Of a stretch of 64,000 nucleotides of DNA, positions 24,901 through 39,300 are shown in pieces. The DNA is taken from positions 11,624-75,623 of the forward strand of contig NW_021834418.1 of the NCBI RefSeq assembly GCF_006345805.1. Direction: 5' to 3'. The position numbers and the translations under genes are program-made. Every line of letters begins with the position of its first letter. Within the stretch, counting starts at the first letter, position 1. This stretch comes from Octopus sinensis. Taxonomy: Eukaryota. The notes beneath the pieces were generated by a model. That model was given only the letters and a program-made list of their open reading frames with translations, ran no database searches and was not told the origin of the DNA.

Positions 24901-26070
24901 CTCGTGTCTCATTATTCAGAAAACCCTAAATATAGTACCACATAGAAATATATCAGCTTGTTTTCACAGCCTTAGAAATCTAATACTTGACGCTACTATC
25001 TCAGACATCTTGGTTTTCAAATTACACCTCGGATTCTGAAAGGACCATGAACCACCACATTATTTAGCACAGAAACACATGATCGCTTCAACAACAACAA
25101 CCAGTTACTTCTACACAAACCATTTTTTTTGCTGTATTTCATCAGGGAAGATTTCCGTCCATTCTTACCTCATATCTTAAAACCTATTTATCATCTCTTT
25201 TAGATATAACGCAATTATTCGTTTAAAGACTTCTGAGAATGTGGAAACTACACGATCAATCCTTCAAAAGACTTTCGAAATAAATATTGGTCCTCCCAAC
25301 CTAAATCTAAATCACAACCTTCCCACCTCTCACAGAAATGACAAAATGGAACTCTATCCACAGAACACTCACATCATACACTAACCGCTGATATACAGAA
25401 TGAGAAAGGAAATCAACAAGAAAATTGCCTCATTTCAGCAGCAGAGAACATCAAATACGACGATTTCTTTCACTCATCTACGTAAACATACAGAACCGAA
25501 GAATGGATGGATCCTAAAGCTGAATACATTTCATGCGAAACGAATACAACACACATAAAGTGAGAATAAAGAGAGCAAATATAGTCAGGGCAAGTACGGA
25601 TGCTGTTGTAAGAAGGCTGAGATGTGTGACCGTCACGTTATATCCAATAGGATTCATGACAGTATGTTGGAGTGTGTCGAAAATTTGTCAGATAAACGAA
25701 GGTTTCGGTTAACAGCATCAAGCTGCAATAAAGATTAAAGATTATTAATGTTACTATCCCACTATTATTAGTCTGATGGGTAAATCTGCATCGCTTCTCT
25801 AGATTACAAATATTTTCCTGGTTGTAAATCGTAACAATTGCAAAGAATACGGACGCTGGTAGATCTTCAAATCATCTTTGATTCAGCGGCATAATTAGAC
25901 AGTTAAACACCCCGCCGGTGTTTAAGCTGTACAGAGCATGCACAGCTGCATATGCAACCCGCCATTACGATAGGAAAATTATGGGACATTGTTGAAATCT
26001 GACATGGCTGTAAGATTTATTTTGTAGCTTATTTCAAATTCACCTTATTTCGAGGGCCAAACAGAGAGTG

Positions 26071-26171
<101 letters not shown>

Positions 26172-26552
26172 CACACACACACCTTACACACATACATATA
26201 TATATATATATATATTAAATTTGGTCAAACTATATCTGAGGGGTCTAATGTGCTTCATCTAAGAATATTTAATCATAACTATGGAATTCCGTCGTACAAA
26301 TGCAGTCCATACGGAAGGTGCACTTGCGAATTGAGTTTCACATGGGAGATACTGTACCTGTATGTTTTGCTATGATTTATAAAACAAGAAGAAACATATT
26401 CAAAGCTAGTGATAATGACTAGCTAAAAATACGTATGAATGTCATTATTCGGTTTTAATAGAATATTTCTGGCCAACAGAAAGAGAGACGGCTTCTAACT
26501 TAGTTCCAAGTATCTTTCATTGGAATTTCAACAACATGAACAGGATATTTTT

Positions 26553-27307
26553 GTATGTATGTATGTATGTATGTATGTATGTATGTATGTATGTATGTAT
26601 GTATGTATGTATGTATGTATGCATGCATGTATGTATGCATGTATGCATGTATGTATGCATGTATGTATGTATGTATGCATGAATGTATGCATGTATGTAT
26701 GTATGTATGTATGTATGTATGTACGTATGTAAGTATGTATGTATGTATGCATGTATGAATGTTTGTATGTATGTATGCATGCATGTATGTATGCATGTAT
26801 GCATGTATGTATGCATGTATGTATGTATGTATGCATGAATGTATGCATGTATGTATGTATGTATGTATGTATGTATGTACGTATGTAAGTATGTATGTAT
26901 GTATGCATGTATGAATGTTTGTATGTATGTATGTATGTATGTATGTATGTATCTATGCATGCATGCATGTATGTATGTATGTATGTATGTATGCATGTAT
27001 GCATGTATGTATGTATGTATGTATGCATGTTGTATGTATGTATGTATGCATGTATGTATGTATGTATGTATGTATGTATGCATGCATGTATGTATGTATG
27101 TATGTATGCATGTATGTATGCATGTATGTATGTATGTATTATGTATGCATGCATGAATGTATGCTTGTATGTATGTATGCATGTATGTATGTATGCATGT
27201 ATGCATGTATGTATGCATGTATGTATGTATGTATGTTTGTATGCATGTATGAATGTTTGTATGTATGTATGTATGTATATATGTATTTATGAATGCATGT
27301 ATGTATG
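26553..27307. repeat. (TATG)n microsatellite with CATG interruptions
   Basis: Seen directly. Confidence 0.95.
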
Positions 27308-27861
27308 TCAGGTCACTTTCGAGTGCTACTGGCGACATGTAACCCAGTACAACCTGTTGCATTGTCGGGTCGTCGGCGACTAAACCGGCAACGCAACCAA
27401 GCTTGCTTGGTGAGGAGGGAGTTTATTGGACAACCTGCGGGATGAAAAACAAAACCCGTCAAAGAGCGGAGGAACTCTTAAGAACCAACGGCCATCCAAT
27501 AACTGTCTTAAGGCTGTATCATGCGCGGGGACACAGAAATAATCGGACTGAATATCCGATCGCGCGGTTAAACCATTGGGAGTGAAGGACCCCTAGACTT
27601 TGTTAGGGCATCCTTCTAGGAGAAGGTAACTCAGGTAACTGGGATAACACCGACATAAAACCTGCGGCTCAGTGGTTACCGACGATGTTGACTTGTTCTT
27701 CTTTTCGGAATATGGCTGCTGTTGCTTAGTGACTGGGATTGACTCAGTGCACAGCCTTTCCTCATTATAAAAAAAATCTTCATGCACAGGCATTGCAAGA
27801 TAACGACGTTGATTAAGCTTCGTGCAATGCCCATACTCGATAACGAGGGGGCAGCCACCAA
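27308..27861 (+). mobile_element. ~555-bp noncoding interspersed element in (TATG)n, probably a non-autonomous RTE derivative; copies at 28467-29011 and 56228-56780
   Basis: Three near-identical copies. Contains tctaggagaaggtaactc, which resembles RTE 5' UTR motifs, and ends in ctcgataacgagggggcagccacca followed by (TATG)n. Confidence 0.55.
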
Positions 27862-28466
27862 GTATGTATGTATGTATGTATGGATGGATGGATGTAAGTA
27901 TGTATGCATGTATGTATGGATGTAAGTATGTATGTATATATATGTATGTGTATATGTGTCTATCTATATATACATGCTTATATTCAAACATACATGCATG
28001 TATACATGTATACATACATGTATGTATGTATACATATATGCATGCATGTATATATGTAAGTATGGAGGTATGTATGTGTGTATGTATGTATGTATGTATG
28101 TATGTGTGGGTGTGTATGTATGTTTGTATGTATGTATGTGTGTATGTATGTGTGTATGTATGTATATATGTGTGTGTGTATGTATATATGTATGAATGAG
28201 GGTATGTATGTATGTATGTATGTATGTATATATGTATGTATTTAAGTATGTGTGTATGTATGTATATATGTGTGTATGGGGGTATGTATGTATATATGGA
28301 TGTATGGGGGTATGTATGTATGTATGTATGTATGTATGTATGTATGTATGTATGCATGTATGTATGTATGTATGTATGCATGTATGTATGTATGTATATA
28401 TGTATGTATGTATATATGTATGTATGTATGTATGTATATATGTATGTATGTATGCATGTATGTAGT

Positions 28467-29011
28467 TCAGGTCACTTCCGAGTGCTACTGGTAACATGTA
28501 ACCCAGTACAACCTGTTGCATTGTCGGGTCGTCGGCGACTAAACCGTCAACCCCACCAAACTTGTTTGGAGAGGAGGGAGTTTATTGGACACCCTGCGGG
28601 ATGAAAAACAAAACCCATCAAAGAGCGGAGGAACTCTTGAGAGTCAACTGCCATCCAATATATGTTTTAAGGCTGTATCATGCGCGGGGACATAGAAATA
28701 ATCGGACTGAATACCCGATCGCGCGTTTAAACCATGGGAGTGCAGGACTCCTAGACTTTGTTAGGGCATCCTTCTAGGAGAGGTACTCAGGTAACTGGGA
28801 TAACTCCGATATAAAACCTGCGGCTCAGTGGTTACCGATGATGTGGACTTTTTTTCGGATTATTGCTGGTGTTGCTTAGTGAGTGGGATTGACTCAGTGC
28901 ACAGCCTTTCCTCGCTTTCAAAAAAAACTTCATGCACAGGCATTGCAAGATAACAACTTTGATTAAGCTTCGTGCAATGGCCCTACTCGATAACGAGGGA
29001 GCAGCCACCAA
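28467..29011 (+). mobile_element. Second tandem copy of the ~555-bp element
   Basis: Colinear with 27308-27861 at a ~1160-bp offset. Confidence 0.55.
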
Positions 29012-29475
29012 GTATGTATGTATGTATGTATGTATGGATGGATGGATGGATGTAAGTATGTGTGTATGTATGTACGTACGTATGTATGTATGTATGTATG
29101 TATGTATGTATGTATGTATGTATGTATGCATGTATATATGTGTCTATTCGATATATACATGCTTATATTCATGCATACATGCATGCATACATGCATGCAT
29201 ACATGTATACATACATAAATGTATGTATACATATATGCATGCATGTGTGTATGTATGTTCGTATGTATGTATGTATGTATGTGTGTGTGTGTATGTATAT
29301 ATGTGTGGGTGGGTGGGAATTGGAAGGTTTTGATTTTGATATTCCCATAAATCTTTTCTAATCCGATTAACGCTTGTTGTGAAGAATCCAATCCGAACAG
29401 CGGACTTCATTAGATTAAATCTTGCGATTACTGTGTGGGTTGAACGAATTACTTCCCACGCTGGATATTAAAACA

Positions 29476-29485
29476 GTGTGTGAGT

Positions 29486-29523
<38 letters not shown>

Positions 29524-29875
29524 CTGTGTGTGTGTGTGTGTCATTGTATGTGTGCGTGTGGGAGTGTGTGTGTGTGTGTGTGTCAGTGTGTGTGTGTCAG
29601 TGTGTGTGTGTGTTTGTTTGTGTATGTGTGTCCGTTAGTGTGTGTGTGTGTGTGAGTGTGTGTGTGTATGCCAATGTATGTGTGTTTATCAGTGTGTGTG
29701 TCAGTGTGTGTGTCAGTGTGTGTGTCTATGTGTGAGTGTGTGTGTGTGTGTGTGTGTCAGTGTGTGTGTTTCTCAGTGTGTGTGTCAGTGTGTGTTTGTG
29801 TGTCAGTGTGTGTGTGTGTTTCAGTGTGTGTGTCGGTGTGTGTGTGTCTGTGTGTGTCTTTGTGTCTGTGTATTT
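29476..29875. repeat. (GT)n compound satellite upstream of copy D exon 1
   Basis: Seen directly. Confidence 0.95.
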
Positions 29876-31502
29876 GTTGGTTGAACGAAATACTTCCCAC
29901 ACTGAATATTAAAACAGTTTCCCAAGAATAACAAATAAAATTAAATAACAAAATTAGTAAATAAATATATCATAATATATCCAGAAACAGGAATCATTTC
30001 ACTTTACACGTGTCTCTCATTCATCAAATATTTTTTGCTAATTATTGTGTGACAATATCAAACCATCTCTTTCCAATAATTAAACCTGTCAGACAAGTTC
30101 ACCCCCGCTTTTACAGTTCCACCAATCGCATTGGTTCATAAATTTATGATAAGATCTATGCCAGAGCTGGGTTGTTGTGGCGCTCAATAAATACGTGGAA
30201 TTCAGTTACAGGTCTTCAGCTTAAACCTCGCATCTCGATCTTTTGTTGAAGCCACACGAAGTATCACGTACGACCGACAACTGTCACCAGAATGGATTTC
30301 GCACAACTGTCCAGGAATATTTCGCAGCGTTATTCCATTTCTTCTCTCATAGCTTTTGGGGTTCTTCTCGTTCTGACGATCGTGATCTTCATCAGATTCA
30401 AGAATAGGAAAAATTGAAGAGAAATCGAAAACGGTAAGTCATGGATTTTGTGTTAATATATGTATGTCTTTATGTATTTATATATGCATGTATGTATGTA
30501 TGCATTTACGTATGTATGTATTAATATGTGGATGTATGTACGTACCGATGGATGGATGGATGTAAGGATGTATGCATGAATCACGTACATATGTTCCTAT
30601 GGAGCACACACACACACATAAGATCACACACATAATCACACACGAACACACAGGCGCACACACCTAAATATACATATATATACATATACGTATATTTGTA
30701 TATATATTATACATATATATGTATATATAAATATACATATATATGAATATATTAGTGCGTGAACATATATGGATATATATATACAAACAAATACATGCGT
30801 GTGTGTATCTATCACTGTATCTCTCTGTCTATCCCTCTCTCTCTCTCTATTTATCTATATATATATATGTATGTGTGTGTGTGTGTGTGTGTGTTTGTAT
30901 ATAAATATATTCTTTTAACCGTTTCAGTCATTTGACTGCGGCCATGCTAGAGCACTGCGTTCAGTAGAACAAATCGACTTCAGGAATTATTCCTTGTAAG
31001 CCTATTGCTAATTCTATCGGTATCTCTAGACAATCGGCTATGTAACAGGGACGTAAACACACCGACATGAGTTGAGAATCGATAGTGGTGTGACAATAAC
31101 AGACACATACATAAAACATAGATACATACACACTATGTGTGCTATACACACTCACATACACACACACACATACATCTATATATATATATATACATAACAT
31201 ATATACATACACACATATATAGTTACGTATGTATATACATACATATCTATCAATCAATCTATTTGTCTGCATATCTATCTATCTATCTATCCATATAATA
31301 ATAAGAGTAAATAATTTCTATAAAGGCTTTTTAAAAAACCCCAATTATTTACTGGTAGAATTCGGTATGTAAATATAGCCGTTTAGCGGCAGGAACTTCT
31401 GTAAAGTTCAGTAACCTGTTTGCCTGTCCCTTTTTCTTATATATCTATCTATCTATCTATCTATCTATATATATATATCTATATATATATATATTATATA
31501 TT

Positions 31503-31533
<31 letters not shown>

Positions 31534-32579
31534 GGATATATATATCGATATCTATATATACATACATATACACACATCCCAATTAAACACAAAGAAGGGT
31601 GGAATTGTACTCCTGTCCGATCGCTCTTTCACCAGACATAATCCTGGAGAGGGAAATAAGTGCGTAATGAAAAAAATCTAATGGTGGGGTTCTAGCATGG
31701 CCATGCCCTGTCGCTGCAACGTTTAGCCCTATTAATATTAGTGTTAAGTATTATATCTAGATGTACACTTACACACACGCACAGAAACAGACACATACAA
31801 ACACACACACACGCACACGTAGGAATACGTACATATTTACACACATTTATCTATTTCTCTCCATCAGGAACGGAAGTGAGGCGAGTTTTTTTTAATCTTT
31901 CTTCCAACTGAAAATAAAACGTGCGAGTGCCAATGTAGATCGGTGAATTTCGTAATGTTTGACTGTAATTCACGTGGTTTTTATATATGACAATATGTAA
32001 GAACGATGTATGTAAATACATCACACCAGACACACGGACAAACACACGCACAAATAAACACAAACACACACACATACGCACGCACACAGACACACGTGCT
32101 CAATTGTACACGAACAATCACACTATACAGTGTATGTCCACTCACATATATGTGTGCGTTTGTGTGTGTGTGTGCTTATAACTAGATACGTATATTGTGA
32201 TATTTATGGTGTGTATGCTTATGTGTACGTGATATACCTATATATTGATATGTGTTTATATATAATATATATATATATATATATAATATTATATAATATA
32301 TATATTATATATATTATATATATATATGTCTGTTTGGAGGCGCAGGGCATGGCCAGTGCTTCGGGTCGCGGACTCACGGTTTTAGGATCGCGATTTCGAT
32401 TCCCAACTAGGTTGTGAGCACTCTTTCGCTACAACTTTCTCCCTTTCTTCTGTTGGCCTGCTCGCTTAGCCAGCGGGCTGGCGTCATTTGAAGGCTTAAA
32501 CATGCGAAGCGCATTGTGACCAGCGATATGTAGCAACAACTGGTAGCTTGGTCTGTAACGGTGATCACGGAGTTATATG

Positions 32580-33490
32580 TATACACGCACACACACATAC
32601 ACATAAGTATACACATATAGACACAGACACAAACACACACACGCACACAAAACTCACAACCCCACGGATACACGTATATACACCCATATACGCTTACACA
32701 CATACAAACTCACACGTACACGCACACACAACTACACTCACATACGAGACGCATGCACATACAAACACACACACACAAATGAACGCACACATACGTCCCA
32801 TACACACGGCACACAATTATACATACACGCACACAATTATACATACATGTATACACGCATACGCACAGATATTCGCCACACACCCAAACGCTACGCATAC
32901 ACACACATGCACACACACACACTACAAACAAAACACACACATACACACACACGCGTGTCATCATTGCACATATACCCACATACATACACGCACACGTACA
33001 CTAAGTAAGCACTGTTATTCGCCACACACCCTAACTCTACGCCTACACACACATGCACACACATGCGTGTCATCATTGCACATATACCCACATACATACA
33101 CGCACTCGTACACTAAGTAAGCACTGTTATTCGCCACACACCCTAACTCTACGCCTACACACATGAACACACACATACATACACACACACTACAAGCAAA
33201 ACACACACATGATACATATACATACACGCACACACAACACATACTTCAAACAAGCAGTACCTACAACTTGACCTGTGGTAGAGACAAAAGGAGCCACGCC
33301 CAATTCCTTCTTCCTTGACCTTAACACTACTAGCCCTACAACACGCAAAGATTAACAGCCACAACCACACACTCACATACACACACACATGCACATACAC
33401 ATACACGTGTCATCATTGCACACATACACACATACACACACACGCACACGCAGACCTCCACACACTCTCTTATCCACACTTACACACACA
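32580..33490. repeat. (CA)n-rich low-complexity tract with an internal ~115-bp duplication
   Basis: cgtacactaagtaagcactgttattcgccacac occurs at ~32995 and ~33107. Confidence 0.85.
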
Positions 33491-34129
33491 TTCCTCTTCC
33501 TCTACCACTATTCTGTTTGAAAGAACTTATCTTCACCCATTTCCTTCCGGTCATTCAAAATGTGGCGCGTGTGTACAGTTGGCGATTTTTTCCCTCTGTC
33601 TTCCCTCCTCTGGATCTTTCCTTCTTGTATGTTTCCGACGAAGAACTCCACCCGAAACCCTCCTTCTTTCCTTATTTCCTGAGCGTCCAATAATACTATC
33701 TTTTGTTCACGTCCTCGCGTCGTTGTACTTTTGTGCTGTCATGTTTGATTAAATTTACCTATATATATACATGTGTGTGTGTGTATATATATATTATATA
33801 TATATATATATATATATGTAGAAATACGTGTGTGTATATGTGTGTGTGTGTGTGTGTTGTGTGTGTGGTGTGTGTCTGTGTGTGTGTGTCTGTGTGTGTG
33901 TGTACTAGCAGACATCCCCGGCATTGCTGGGGATTGAAATGGCAAAGTTGGTATATAATATATTCCAGTCATTTTGAAACAGGTGATATTGGAAAGTGCA
34001 ACATTGACAACAAAACATTTGTAGAGTAAATGCTGGGCTAATTCGACTAAGCAACATGCTATGCGTCCGTTTGGAGTGTTTCAGGCCCTAACCTGTCATA
34101 CAAAATTGGATGTGGGGTTTGTGTGATTT

Positions 34130-34510
34130 TTGAACGCACCGAAAAACTGTCAGTGGGTATACTCTCCTTTGCAGCAGTGTGCGCTGTGTGTAACACGAAC
34201 TATCATCGGAAATTGTGACACCTCACGTCGGGTTTGTTGTCCTACATCACTCATACAGAAAATTTGGAGGAACTGTGGTTGTTCATTCGCGGGTACCAGA
34301 GAACCAATAAGGCGATAGACTTGCCCTTGAACTTTGACGTCGGCGTAAATTCATGTTTATCTATCTTCTTAGATTCACCAAAAGATGTCATTTGAAATGC
34401 TGAGTTGTATTGTCTGATATTGTTCAGAAAATCCTTTGACCGGATTGAAGCGCCTTCTAGAAAATTCCTAAGGGGTTGAGATGGTAGTGTTGGCAATGTT
34501 AACTGTCCGA
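34130..34510 (-). mobile_element. Helitron Rep/helicase fragment, copy D intron 1
   Basis: LPSQPLRNFLEGASIRSKDFLNNIRQYNSAFQMTSFG. Copy E continues KVQGQVYRPIGSLVP...PQFLQIY. Both are characteristic Helitron N-terminal motifs. Confidence 0.8.
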
Positions 34511-34899
34511 ATATGTAGTCATCTATTGCATTGTTTTAAGTTCTAAACGATAATGAATACCCTGAAGTTCTATTATATGATGCTATTCTATTTTTTCACA
34601 GAACCGTTTCATCTCCAAGAAATCTCTCGACGATAAACCTGATGACACACCAAGTAAGAACTAATTTTATGGCTAAAGTCTTTTACCCGTGACTCATTAA
34701 CTAATGATTTATAATTTCACCAACTTTGAATTAATTCCACATTACTATCCATATGTCCACAATAATATATACTAAGACACTTGCCTGAATTTATTTTAAA
34801 CTATGTTCTACTTTACAAGAATTCCCTAAATATAATGTTATTCTAATATACTATGCCATTTATTGAGTATATATGAGTATATATGCAGTGATACGTCGA

Positions 34900-36385
34900 G
34901 AATTGTTTCGGTCTGGACGGTTCCACCGAGTGTGCTCTTCGCCGAGTGTCCGAGGCGGCGGGTATGTTCACTGTGAACAAATTAGAGTGCTCAGAGCGAG
35001 CCCTACCGGCTTGCATACGATAAGCATAGAATGCCCTCTTCTTTTGAGAATCAAATGCCCTGAGCTGGCGCTTCACTGCGTTTATATCTACAATTCAGCA
35101 TTCTGTCCACTCTTGTGTTTCCAATCATTCGTGAATAGAGACCCGAAATAATGATGTTCCACTTCCTACACAGTGCGTATTTGTCAACCAATTCAGTGCA
35201 CGTTGCACGTTGTTGTGACCATCAGACGAATCTGGTAGCAGCATGTCGTCTACAAATAAGAGTCGACCGATCACGTAGAGATGAATTGGGATACCTCTAC
35301 CACAATGGCTGCGCATATTCACCAGATCACAAAAAAGAATATTGAGAAGGGGCACTAACAATGCACACTTCAACTAAGTGAAACCTTCACGTTGAAAACT
35401 TTCGACTTTTACAGAAATACAAACATTTGAACATCCATATAAGTACTTTATGGCAACCATGATTTGCCCATTAAACTCACCTTCCTGGAAAACCATCCAA
35501 AACAATACCCAGGGCACGTGATCGTGTGCCTTTTCGTGGTTTATAGCGTTTTTAAACTTTGGAAATATTTCTGTATTTGCTGGAAGATCTGTTTTGAACG
35601 TCTAAAAGGTCGAGTGTACCGCGTGTCGGACGGTAATCTTGGGCGCGACAATTTTCCTACATATCTTTTCTTGACATCTAGTGTAGACATTTCTATAATT
35701 CGAGCACACTCCTTGGTCTCTGTCCGAAGAAATTGTGATTGTCACCCTATATTTCATTGCCTTGGTATTTTTTCCAGAGGTCCCATCCACCTAGCGTACA
35801 TGGGACACTCAGAGAATACCATCTGTATTTAAGGTTTCTAAAATATCAAGCCGAACCTGCTTTTCACCAGCAGCTATATCACTTTTAAGTGAGATTAGCT
35901 CAAATAAGAGTTCAACCGAAGAAGAACCTGCCGAAAAAAATAATACAATCACGAATCCATTTCGATGTCCAAGTTCATTCAGGCGGGTCACTCTCAATTT
36001 GGATGCAAAAGTCGGACAAACGAAATTTTTTAGAGCAGACATTTATTATATCTTACAGGCAGATAATATCTAACAATTCAGACAGTTTAATTCTCAATTA
36101 TTAAAGGTTGTTCCCTTCTTGATCTGCTTTGGTATCCTGAGACCGTCAATTTTGTGCTCCCACGCCAAACACCCCATATTTAGTTCCAGGCTACTTGCTG
36201 GTTTCACCGGTATTGTGTGGGGTGTGCTATACATTTATCGAACGAACTCCTCTACTCGAGATCCGGATGCGATGTCTTTTAACTAAATCGACAAAGATGC
36301 GGTATGGTTGTTATTTTCATATTGTAGTTATGATGGCCTTATTTGCGCCGAGCTCCAAACTGATATTTCTAATTGACCGATGAAT
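34900..36385 (-). mobile_element. Ancient RTE-like LINE relic, copy D intron 2, with an internal deletion at ~36011
   Basis: RLLFVDDM motif. Colinear with 3405-5016. Confidence 0.75.
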
Positions 36386-39300
36386 ATTCGCACCTGGCGA
36401 ATATTTTATCATTATTCTATTGAGTTTTATCATTATTCTATTGGGAAGTATATATACTCATACCCAAGTTTACGTATCATACATACATCCGTTCATAGCG
36501 GAGACCGATACACATTCTGATATTCTGAGATTAATCTCTCAATCTTTGACATCAACGTCACCAACAGGCTCAACAGACAAATGTCTTTTTTTTTTCTTTC
36601 TTTACAATTTATTCTTATTATTTACATCTTTCGTTCTGACTTTCATTCATTCACTCGTTCTTTCTTAAATTTATATTTCTCTCTCTTCTCCATCAATTCC
36701 TTCCCATCCAACAATCTACTTTGTAAATGATTCCCAATTCTTTCTTTTAACCTACATTATTTCATTTTAATATCACAGAACCCGGTCTCGGATCATTGTA
36801 TACCCGATGGGGCAGAACAACTTGTCCTCCTTATTCAAACCTTGTATATACGGTTAGTATACTTTATATTTCTGATCTCTCATTCTCTTTTTGTTTTACT
36901 CTTGTTCTCTTTTATACCTCTCATTCTCTCTTTTTATTGCCTTTCTTTCTCTCCCACCCTCCCTCTCACGCACACGCACACACACTCACACTCTGCTGGG
37001 TTGTCTGACATAAACATTCTCTAATCCTTTTATGATGTGTCACGTTTCAAACGTCTATACCTGTAGACTATACAGACACTACACAAGACTGCTTACTCCT
37101 TTGTAGGTATTTGGTCAAATCAGAATATTATATGTTGTCTACTACGGACCAAGTGAAAAGGATGCTAACTGGTGATCAATTGTACAGGCTGCGGATAGTG
37201 GTATTGTACGTGAGTGACTAGAGCTGAAAAGTGGCCACGTGACTATCATTAACTAGAGTGCCCAATGATCGTAGGTGTGGGCTAAATTGAAAAGAGTCTA
37301 TTAGAATTGATGACTGACTGTAAATGGTTAATGGAGTGAACGCACAATGTAGAATGAGGACTGGACAAGCCACATACTGTAACTGACGGGAAAAGCTAAG
37401 GACGTTATTCATTAAGTAAAATATAGAGAGACTAAATATTAGTGAGAGAACACAACAGAGTACAGAATGCACTTCTATTCTTCTCCGCCTCACCGAAATC
37501 GTCCTATCGCTGAAACCTTGCTCTTTTCATGCACCACATCACCTCATTAATTATCCAGTATATCTTTGTAAGGTAATTCCGAAACTTCCAATTCAAAACT
37601 GCTGCTACAAACCGCTTCCCAATCAACCTCACGTTCCTTTTAAGCTCTGAATCTGCTCTCTATAAACCCTACACGTATCCTTTATCGGTCGCCCACTCCG
37701 CCGTCCATTCATCTTAAGCACTACGCCGTCACTGAACCTCACAATTTTTTCCCCCACCTCGTTTCTGTGTATTGCATGAAAACATGTCTCTGTGATCATA
37801 ACGTCTTTGTAAGCCTGATTCGTCCGAGTCTAAACGAGAGGTTTAGCCACTGACTCTCGTATGATCGACTAAAAAACATTTCATCGACGGCTACCCACCA
37901 CTTCTCTGCATCTCGTCGTCTCCCCTATTGTCCTACTCAAACCTCCTACAATTTCCACCACCCAAAATATCCCCCCGTTCACACGTGAACATCTTTTCCA
38001 TTTCGGATAAACACGAGTGCATGCGTATAAAATATCTTTCTATTTCTCCATCTATTGACATCCACCGTATGACATACATGTATGACATGACATACTATAT
38101 ATTGTTTGCATGACATACCCCATGCAAGCATAATAATAATCCACGTCGTAACAACAAACCTTACCCGTATACACACAGCATATATATATATACATATATA
38201 AATGGAGTTGCAGAAACAAACGTACCGCATTACTTTGAATATACTTGTTGCTTACTTCGATATAAATATATAATATTTATTATATATATATACATAGTAT
38301 GACTAGGTAAAGACGCACCTATGATTCAGCAACACACAGCTTACACTAAAATAAACAAAACATATATACACCACAATTCGTTCACACGTGGCTAAACATG
38401 ACTTCTTTTAACTGTAATGAATTTTTCCGTTCTTTCATATATAATTTTTCTTAACATCTTTTTTTATTGATTATTCTTACCAATTCTAGGTGTTGTGGTG
38501 GACAACATTCTGCACAAACTGGTGGCGGAAGTAATCTCTTGTGTCTACCCAACGACCCCATTTGGGCCAAATTATACGATAGAAGTTGAAAAAGGTGGTA
38601 ACATTTATGGCAGTGAATATGAACTAATTATACCAACAACAAATAAACTCTTTTCTTTTGCTAACGCTGAATAATTCATGATCACAACGTTCCGTGCGCT
38701 GTCTGTTTGACACGACAACCCGCTGTTGTTATGATGTTACCAGCCAGGACAAAGTGTTACCGTGGTTGGACAATTGAGTATTCAGGATATTTGATGTCCG
38801 GTCATTACGGGCATAAAGGTGGACATGAATATGTTGTGTGGATTATGCACCAGAAGCTGATCCAGCAGGTTACAGAGACGAAGATGGAGTTCGATTATAT
38901 TTCGTTCAGGCTGAGTGTGGTTCATTGCCATGCCACCGTATGTCAATGGTCGAGAATTAACCTGCGTTGTATGCAGTAAAGTAAATACTGAATAGAAATT
39001 TACATTCGTTTCTATATGAAAATTTATGTCGGTGAATCATAAAGTATAATATAATAAAGCAACATATACGTTTCTTGTAATTGTGTTTCGCAATATTTTA
39101 TCCGACTAATATATGTCGTTAAATAAATGCTGTACAAGTTTTCAGAAAATATTCAAAACGAAACAACAGAGACGTCATAGAATGTGACAAATAGCTTAAC
39201 AGAACGATGTAATCCTCAGGGAATGATTCTAGAATACTTTGTATGAGGTTCAGTTTATCAAATTAAATGTTGAAATAAAATGATGTCGTTTAATGTGTGT

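Larger units (their letters stand above)
30292..38991 (+). pseudogene. Short-chain collagen C4-like gene copy D: exon 1 30292-30433, exon 2 34602-34653, exon 3 36779-36852, exon 4 38490-~38991
   Basis: All splice sites are present. Exon 1 is 2 nt short and exon 3 is 1 nt short. Exon 4 has several indels and a gtaaa duplication before the stop. Confidence 0.8.
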
